NCBI GenBank assembly: GCA_003133025.1
Contig: PKZK01000056.1
Location: 1-14,424 of the forward strand
Reading direction: 5' to 3'
DNA from: Vulcanimicrobiota bacterium
GTDB taxonomy: Bacteria; Vulcanimicrobiota; Vulcanimicrobiia; Vulcanimicrobiales; Vulcanimicrobiaceae
Length of the DNA: 14,424 nucleotides
The number at the start of each line of letters is the position of its first letter. Position 1 is the stretch's first letter. Under the pieces are notes generated by a model. The model was not told where the DNA came from. It saw only the letters and a list, made by a program, of their open reading frames with translations, and did no database searches. Made by a program: the position numbers and the translations under genes. Positions 7,081-14,424 of the stretch are shown piece after piece.

Positions 7081-8177
7081 CGGGCTAACTCGAACGGAAG
7101 CCCGAGTTCGCCTGCGAGCTTTTCGAGCCCGTTCCACACCTTGACGTGGACGGGAACGCCGTTCTGACGATGGTACAGCGTCTTCTCGTACTCGATCTCG
7201 CCCGCGACGTAGATGCGCTCCTGGCCCGGCACCTTGTCGGAATCTTTGAAGGCGCGCAGCTCCGTGTCGAGGTCGCGCTTGAACGCATCGACGTCACGGA
7301 AACCATCGATGCGGAACGCACCGAAGAAGTGCGAGATCTTGCCCGGCTCCGGTCCACTGTTGGGCACCGGCAGTCCGTTGCCGAACGCACCGCCCGAGAG
7401 CACGCCGCAGAGGATATCGACCAGCAGACCGAGGCCGTAGCCCTTGTGGCCGCCGTTGTCGACGCCGAAGCCGCCCAGCGGCAACAACGCGCCTTTGAGG
7501 GCCTCCGCGGGCGACGTCGTTGGATTGCCTTCGGCGTCGATGGCCCAGCCGGGGTTGAGTTGCTTCTCCTTGCGCTGGTACACTTCGAGTTTGCCGCGGG
7601 GCACCGTGGTCGTCGCGAAATCGAAGACGAAGTCGGGCTCCTTATCGGCCGGAATCGCGTAGGCGAACGGGTTCGTGCCGAGCATGATCGACTTGCCGTA
7701 CGTGGGCGCACCGTAGCGCACCGAGTTCGTCGAAGCGATGCCGATCAGATCGTGCTCCAGCGCGAGCATCGCGTAGTAGCCCGCAATGCCGAAATGGTTC
7801 GAATTGCTCACCGCACCGAAAGCGCTGCCGTTCTGTTTGGCCTTCTCGATGACCGCGAGCATCGCGCGCTTGCCGGCCGGATGTCCCAGACCGTTACCCG
7901 CATCGAGCACGATCGACGAGGGCGTCTCGCGCACGACGGTGACGTTCGGCTTCGCTTCGAGCTTGCCCGAGCGAATGCGGCTCACATAATAGGATTCGAG
8001 GCGCGCGACGCCGTGCGATTCGACGCCGCGCAGGTCCGCGGCGACCAGCACGTCGGCGACCGTCTCCGCATCGGCCCGCGCGACGCCGACATTGGTCAGC
8101 ACGTCGGCGACGAAACTCTTGAGCTTGGGTTCGGTCGAGAGGCGGTACTCGGTATCCACGACGGCGGTGTCGGCCAC
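7077..8177 (-). CDS. Ldh_2-family (type 2 malate/L-lactate dehydrogenase-like) NAD(P)-dependent oxidoreductase
   Basis: GTG 8177 is preceded by AAGGAG (8188-8183), giving 366 aa. Motifs: ADLRGVESHG, DAGNGLG, NSNHFG, GTNP, DFATT and GHKGYGL. The substrate cannot be assigned from sequence alone. Confidence 0.93.
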   Translation of the reverse strand: MADTAVVDTEYRLSTEPKLKSFVADVLTNVGVARADAETVADVLVAADLRGVESHGVARLESYYVSRIRSGKLEAKPNVTVVRETPSSIVLDAGNGLGHPAGKRAMLAVIEKAKQNGSAFGAVSNSNHFGIAGYYAMLALEHDLIGIASTNSVRYGAPTYGKSIMLGTNPFAYAIPADKEPDFVFDFATTTVPRGKLEVYQRKEKQLNPGWAIDAEGNPTTSPAEALKGALLPLGGFGVDNGGHKGYGLGLLVDILCGVLSGGAFGNGLPVPNSGPEPGKISHFFGAFRIDGFRDVDAFKRDLDTELRAFKDSDKVPGQERIYVAGEIEYEKTLYHRQNGVPVHVKVWNGLEKLAGELGLPFELAR

Positions 8178-8262
8178 TGATGCTCCTTCTAGCGTGCGCT
8201 CTGTGCGCTCGAAGGTTCTTCCACGTGCGGTGCCCGTGGAACTCCAATGGCCGGGCTTCCGG

Positions 8263-9165
8263 CTAGCTTCTTTCGCTCGCGACGGTCGCTCCGCGCGTCG
8301 AGACGGCGAGCAGATACACATCGCTCTCGATCCCCTCGCGCGCGAACTCCGCCCGGAGCGCGGAGCCGACGTCCCGGCCTTCGCCCGAGACGAGGGCTAG
8401 GACGCTCGGCCCCGCGCCGGAGAGGGCGACGGCCAAAAGTCCCGGCAACTGTAACCCGAGCATCGCTTCGAACCCGGGCACGAGCGGCGCGCGGTACGGC
8501 TGGTGAACGCGATCGCCCGTCGCGACGCGCAGCGCGCCCAAGTCGCCGGAGGCGAGCGACGCGGCCAAAAGCGCGGCGCGCTGGATGTTGTACACCACGT
8601 CGCGCCGCTCGTAGGTGGCCGGGAGCAGCGCCCGCGCGGCCGCGGTGGGCAGGACGATCCGCGGCGTGACGACGACCGCTCGCAAACCCGGGGGCGGTGC
8701 GAAACGCAAGTATGACGGGGGCCGCTCGGGGTCTTGCGCGGCGACGACGATGCCGCCCAAGAGCGCTGGGAGCGCATTGTCGGGATGGCCCTCGAGATCG
8801 GTGGCGTATTGCGCCAGCGCTTCCTCGGCCGGCGGCAGCGCCGCCAAGCGCGCGCCGATCGTCAGGCCGAGCACGGCCCCGGCCGCGCTCGCGCCCAACC
8901 CTTTGCCCAACGGGATCGCGTTGTCGACGACGATCGAGACCGCCGGACGCGGGCCGCCGAGCACCCGGTCGACGCCGCGCAGGATCTCGTTGGCGAAACC
9001 GTCGTTGGTCGGCGCATGCTTGCCGGGCACGAACTCGATGCCGAAGGTTTGCGCCGGCCGGACCGCGGCGTGGGCCCAAAGATCGAGAGCGAGGCCGATC
9101 GCGTCGAAACCCGGGCCCACATTCGCGCTCGAAGCGGGCACCGAGACGCGAAATGCCTCAGACAT
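8263..9165 (-). CDS. thrB: Homoserine kinase
   Basis: ATG 9165 overlaps the end of thrC by 8 nt. Motifs: VPASSANVGPGFD, GHMP loop PLGKGLGASAA, EGHPDN, DRVHQPYR and SGAGPS. Confidence 0.96.
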   Translation of the reverse strand: MSEAFRVSVPASSANVGPGFDAIGLALDLWAHAAVRPAQTFGIEFVPGKHAPTNDGFANEILRGVDRVLGGPRPAVSIVVDNAIPLGKGLGASAAGAVLGLTIGARLAALPPAEEALAQYATDLEGHPDNALPALLGGIVVAAQDPERPPSYLRFAPPPGLRAVVVTPRIVLPTAAARALLPATYERRDVVYNIQRAALLAASLASGDLGALRVATGDRVHQPYRAPLVPGFEAMLGLQLPGLLAVALSGAGPSVLALVSGEGRDVGSALRAEFAREGIESDVYLLAVSTRGATVASERS

Positions 9166-10416
9166 GCGCGGGCACCGACCGGTCGAGCAGCGCGCGCAAC
9201 TGTGCCTCGCCGCGCGCGTCGAGAATGCGGTTGGCAAAGGCGGCATCGGATGCGTGATAGGCCGCCGCGTAGGCGCCGTCTTTGAGCACGTGTCCGGTGA
9301 GCACGAGCACCACGTCTTCGTCGCGGTCGATCTTGCCGGCGGCGCGCCAGGCGCGCAATCCCGCGAGCGTCGCCGCCGAGGCCGGCTCGCAACCGACGCC
9401 GTCGCGGCCGATCACCGCGCGCGCGTCCGCGATGGCCGCATCGTCGACGGCCGTCACCGCGCCCGCACTCGCACGCACTTCGGAGAGCGCCTTGCGCCAG
9501 GAGGCGGGGGCTCCGATCCTGATCGCGCTCGCGGTCGTCTCGGCCTTGACCGGCGTCAGCGTGCCGCCCTCGCGATACACGCGCTCGAACGGCGCGGCGC
9601 CCGCCGCTTGCACGACGCCGATACGAGGCAAACGGTCGATCAGGCCGAGCTCGCGCGCTTCGCGAAAACCTTTGCCGAGCGCGCTCGAATTGCCCAGGTT
9701 CCCGCCGGGCACGACGATCCAATCCGGCACGGTCCAGCCGCGCTGCTCGAGCAGCGCGAAGGCGACGCACTTCTGGCCCTCGATGCGATACGGGTTGACG
9801 CTGTTGACGATCGCGACGCGGCGCGGGTCCAGTTCGCGCACGACGGCGAGCGCCCGATCGAAGTCGCCGTCGATGCCGGCGACCGTCGCGCCGTAATCGA
9901 GCGTCTGCGCGAGCTTCGCTTCGCTGATGCCGCCATAGGGCACGAGCACGACCGCGGCGATCCCCGCGCGAGCGGCGTACGCAGCCATCGCAGCCGCCGT
10001 GTTGCCCGTGCTCGCACACACCACCAAACGTGCGCCGGTCGCTTTCGCATGCGAGACGGCGACGGTCATGCCGGCGTCTTTGAACGACGCGGTGGGGTTC
10101 ATGCCCAGATGCAAATACGAGACGCGAGTTGCGTCGACGTAATCGGCGCCGGTCCGCGCGGCGTAGAGCGGCACGTCGTTCTCCCGCAGCGTGACCACGG
10201 ACTCGCGCGGAACGGGCGGCAAGAGTTCCCGGTAACGCCACACGCCGCTCCGGTCGAGCGGATCGTTGGACGTTCGACGGAGACGGAAGACGGCGCGCAA
10301 GGCATCGCCGCTCAACGCTCCAACCTCGAGTTCGAAGGCCAAGAGGCCGCCGCAGTCCGGACAGAACAGCGCGGCTTGCGGCGCAGTTGCGCCGCACTCG
10401 CTGCACAGTAATTGCA

Positions 10417-10417
<1 letters not shown>
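9158..10417 (-). CDS. thrC: Threonine synthase (PLP-dependent) with N-terminal Zn-ribbon-like CxxC pair
   Basis: CSEC...CPDC, GVWRYRELLP, NPTASFKD (PLP lysine), CASTGNT, NSVNPYRIEGQK, PGGNLGN, EPASAA and LTGH. Adjacent to thrB. Confidence 0.94.
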
Positions 10418-12099
<1,682 letters not shown>

Positions 12100-12151
12100 G
12101 CGGCGCGGAGTTCTCCACGCGCCCGTCCCGCGCCCGCGCCGGGCGCTCAGC

Positions 12152-12886
12152 CTATGGGCGCGCGGCTAGGCGGCCGTACCAGCGCACGATCAGCGTGTAC
12201 CGGACGCACTCGCAATACACGAAGATCAGGAACAGCGCCGGTGCGGTGATGATCAGCGAACGCCCGTCGAGCGCATCGAAAACGAGCAACGCGATCAGGC
12301 CGATCAAAAACGGTACGCCGAGGATGAGCAATGACAGGGCGCAGATGCCGAGCGTCGTGATGAAGTGCTCGCGCGTGAGCGACACCGAGCCGCGCAACGC
12401 CGCGACGACGGCGCTGAAAAGATCGCGCAACGACCCGCGCTCGCCCGCCCCAAGGAGCGCCGCAATCAAGGCTTGCGACAACAGCACGCCCACGATCACG
12501 CCGGGAACGACCGCTGCCGCGTACCCGAGATCGGTCGCAAGACCCAGGCAGACCAGCATGGCCAGGGTCAAGATGCCGCGCCAAAAGGTCATGCGGAACG
12601 AGGGCTCGAGGCGGCGTAGCGCCGAGGGCAGCACGAAGAAGATCGCGATCAACGCGGCGACCATCACGGCATTGATCGGCGCGGTCCGGAAAACGGCAGC
12701 CGGATCGCCCGTCGCAAAAACCTGGAGCAGGTTGCCCTTGCCGGCCGCCGTCGCCGCCGAAACCGCACAGACGAGCGCGAACAGCGCGTAGGTTCCGAAC
12801 CGCTCGCGCATCAAAGCAAAACCGTCGGCGAATAAACGCTCGTACAGGCGGACACCGTTGTGCGGCGCCGCGATCGTGCCGACCAC
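12152..12886 (-). CDS. Hypothetical integral membrane protein (about 6 TMs)
   Basis: Real C-terminal part of the 12152..13645 ORF. GTG 12886 is preceded by GGAGG (12898-12894), giving 244 aa. Multiple hydrophobic helices, plus an [10 protein letters not shown] segment reminiscent of YciC-like / GDPD-membrane-anchor-like families. Confidence 0.8.
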   Translation of the reverse strand: MVGTIAAPHNGVRLYERLFADGFALMRERFGTYALFALVCAVSAATAAGKGNLLQVFATGDPAAVFRTAPINAVMVAALIAIFFVLPSALRRLEPSFRMTFWRGILTLAMLVCLGLATDLGYAAAVVPGVIVGVLLSQALIAALLGAGERGSLRDLFSAVVAALRGSVSLTREHFITTLGICALSLLILGVPFLIGLIALLVFDALDGRSLIITAPALFLIFVYCECVRYTLIVRWYGRLAARP

Positions 12887-12944
12887 GATGCCCCCTCCCA
12901 GAGGACGGACTCCCGGACTCTTCCCGAAGTATCGGTACGGTGCG

Positions 12945-12953
12945 AGCGTAGCA
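12945..12953 (-). promoter_or_regulatory. Possible extended -10 element for the membrane-protein gene
   Basis: Minus strand TG-C-TACGCT, just downstream of the terminator and about 60 nt upstream of GTG 12886. No convincing -35 element. Confidence 0.35.
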
Positions 12954-12966
12954 TGACGGACAACGC

Positions 12967-12994
12967 AAAAAAGCGTGACGGAGCGCACGCTTTT
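12967..12994 (-). terminator. Rho-independent terminator, possibly bidirectional
   Basis: Minus strand AAAAGCGTG-CGCTCCGT-CACGCTTTTTT, starting about 20 nt after the phosphoesterase stop. The opposite strand has a T4 tail. Confidence 0.8.
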
Positions 12995-13014
12995 CCGCTC
13001 GGAGGCTCGGTGGG

Positions 13015-14259
13015 CTACAGCCGGATCGGGGTGAAGGCTCGCGGCTGCTGGTTGAAGTCGAACTCGCCGGCCGGGGAATTGGCCCGCGCATCGATCAGGC
13101 CGTTGGGCGGCACGCCGAACGCTTCTTCGGCGAACTTGAGCACGCTGCCGTGTTCGTACTGCACGTGCGTCACGTGACCTTGCGGTACGTAGGGCGAGAC
13201 GATCAGCATCGGCACGCGCATGCCCAGCCCGTCCGGGTTTCCGAACTGTTGGCCGGCTAATTGCGGCGGCACAACGTGATCGTACCAGCCGCCCCAATTC
13301 GACCAAACGATGAAGATCGCGGTGTTCGGCCAGAACTTGCTCTCGCCGATCGCATTGACGAGTGAAGCCACCCAACGTGGACCTTTCGCGGCGCCGAGCA
13401 GATGATCGGAATCCGCGAGGTAGGGCGTAATCCAGGTGACGTCGGCCAGATTGCCCGCTGCAACGTCCGAGGCGAAGTCGTCGCTTTGAGAGATGTCGTT
13501 CGACCAATCGGGTCCTTCCCGGATGTGATCGATGGCGTCGAAGGCGTTGTAGCGATAGGCTATATCTGAACGTGGAGCTGAGTAGTATCTCCAAGATACA
13601 CCGGCATCGTCCATTTCGTCGGCGAGCGTGGAGTAATTGAAACATGGAAAAACGGGTGCCAGCGGGTACATACGAACGATCGTCGTAGTCGAGACGATGT
13701 CGTCGCAGCCCCAGCCCGGATTTCTAATATCAGCCGTCGGATCACCGAGCGTCATGCCGTCCTGGCCGCCCGTAATCAATATCTGATGGCTCTGAAAATT
13801 GCCGTCCCACGTCGATGAAAACATCCTATCGGCGACTACGTACTGACGGCCGATCGAAAAGTACTGTCTCGTTTCCTGAGCGGGAACGTACGAATACGCA
13901 AAGTGAGGAGACGACTTCAGGTCGCCAACCTTCCCGCAGGTAGAGTTCTGTTTGTCAAACCCGTCCATCTTACCGCCATCGAACGAGAGCACGAAGTCGG
14001 TGTAGAGAGGATAGGGACTTAGACTGCACTGCGAGACCAGACCACGCGCCTTGAGGCTGACCTTCTGTCCTTTGGAGTCATAACCATATGGCTGGGTATC
14101 CGCGCCCGGAAATCCCTGGAACAGGTTATCGAAGCTCCGCTCTTCCTGAACGATGATGACCACGTGCTGAATATTCGGAAAAGCGGCGGCTTGTGCCGTC
14201 GATGCAGCGAGAACGCCCGACAGGGCAGTAATGGAAAGGCCGATAGGCAGTCTGTTCAA
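13015..14259 (-). CDS. Secreted phosphoesterase-family protein (phospholipase C / acid phosphatase AcpA-like), with degenerate active-site motifs
   Basis: TTG 14259 is preceded by AAGGAG (14273-14268), giving 414 aa. Signal peptide ends AQA-A. Motifs: IQHVVIIVQEERSFDNLF, DGGKMDGF, VADRMF, GVSWRYY, SDH, W.NTAIFIVWSNWGGWYDHV.PP, GMRVPMLIVSPY and YEHGSVLKF.E. Confidence 0.9.
   Translation of the reverse strand: MNRLPIGLSITALSGVLAASTAQAAAFPNIQHVVIIVQEERSFDNLFQGFPGADTQPYGYDSKGQKVSLKARGLVSQCSLSPYPLYTDFVLSFDGGKMDGFDKQNSTCGKVGDLKSSPHFAYSYVPAQETRQYFSIGRQYVVADRMFSSTWDGNFQSHQILITGGQDGMTLGDPTADIRNPGWGCDDIVSTTTIVRMYPLAPVFPCFNYSTLADEMDDAGVSWRYYSAPRSDIAYRYNAFDAIDHIREGPDWSNDISQSDDFASDVAAGNLADVTWITPYLADSDHLLGAAKGPRWVASLVNAIGESKFWPNTAIFIVWSNWGGWYDHVVPPQLAGQQFGNPDGLGMRVPMLIVSPYVPQGHVTHVQYEHGSVLKFAEEAFGVPPNGLIDARANSPAGEFDFNQQPRAFTPIRL
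13024..13046 (+). repeat. 23-bp exact direct repeat, copy 1 (3' end of the phosphoesterase gene)
   Basis: GATCGGGGTGAAGGCTCGCGGCT, identical to 14402-14424. Confidence 0.95.
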
Positions 14260-14382
14260 GGCTCGCACTCCTTGGTTGCACTGAGTAAGTACAAGGCCTG
14301 GCTGGAGTATAAGGCGAGGCGCGGAGCTTCTTTCCTTAACATTCGATGAGAATTCACTGGCGCCCAGCTGTATGAATAGCCT

Positions 14383-14401
14383 AGGCAATGCCTCATTGCC
14401 T
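14383..14401. other. 8-bp perfect inverted repeat spanning the stop codon of the upstream gene
   Basis: AGGCAATG-CCT-CATTGCCT. Confidence 0.5.
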
Positions 14402-14424
14402 GATCGGGGTGAAGGCTCGCGGCT
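14393..14424 (-). CDS. 3' tip of a probable tandem phosphoesterase paralog
   Basis: The minus strand reads ...PRAFTPIRQ-TGA(14395-14393), compared with ...QPRAFTPIRL-TAG for the downstream gene. Only about 10 codons are visible. Confidence 0.6.
   Translation of the reverse strand, partial: PRAFTPIRQ
14402..14424 (+). repeat. 23-bp exact direct repeat, copy 2 (truncated by the window edge)
   Basis: GATCGGGGTGAAGGCTCGCGGCT, identical to 13024-13046. The copies are offset by 1378 bp. Confidence 0.95.

Noticed and set aside
8880..8915. ThrB ATP-binding loop reads GLGASAA rather than GLGSSAA
   Set aside because: A single small-residue change with all other homoserine kinase motifs intact is not enough to claim altered function.
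12100..12151. Attenuator, T-box or riboswitch upstream of ilvD
   Set aside because: The gap is only 52 bp, with no leader peptide, T-box sequence or U-tailed terminator.
12887..13645. Apparent 497-aa ORF joining the phosphoesterase region to the membrane protein
   Set aside because: The upstream part is an off-frame reading of the phosphoesterase gene and crosses a clear terminator. The membrane gene has its own GGAGG and GTG at 12886.
13024..14424. Reading the 23-bp repeat as a CRISPR repeat or as the att sites of a prophage or IS
   Set aside because: There are only two copies, 1378 bp apart, both in coding register at gene ends. No cas, integrase or transposase gene is in the window.

Overview
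This is a GC-rich bacterial chromosome window, mostly housekeeping genes. Left (1-3807): an actinobacterial-style respiratory locus split into two divergent arms by a 52-bp spacer. The minus arm is ctaE (oxidase subunit III) coupled directly to a 3-TM Rieske gene (qcrA-like, runs off the window and is absent from the ORF track). The plus arm is ctaC-ctaD-ctaF, an A1-type heme-copper oxidase. Middle (minus strand, in reading order): ilvD-thrC-thrB, an Ldh_2-family oxidoreductase, an unknown protein, a CoxD-like MoxR AAA+ ATPase, a CoxE-like VWA protein and a secreted LolA-like protein. Right (minus strand): a multi-pass membrane protein, an intrinsic terminator, and a secreted phosphoesterase (AcpA/PlcH superfamily) homologue in which several metal-ligand and nucleophile positions appear substituted. 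That gene has a lower-GC 5' part and shares an identical 23-nt 3' end with a probable tandem paralog cut by the window edge. The most notable signals are this possible tandem pseudo-phosphoesterase array, the mirror-symmetric divergent promoter of the cta/qcr locus with no qcrC at the usual position, and a CoxD/CoxE-like pair with no molybdoenzyme genes nearby. The gene mix suggests Vulcanimicrobiota (Eremiobacterota), but that is inference only. No rRNA, tRNA, CRISPR array or transposase was seen. All family assignments come from motif recognition by eye; no searches were run.
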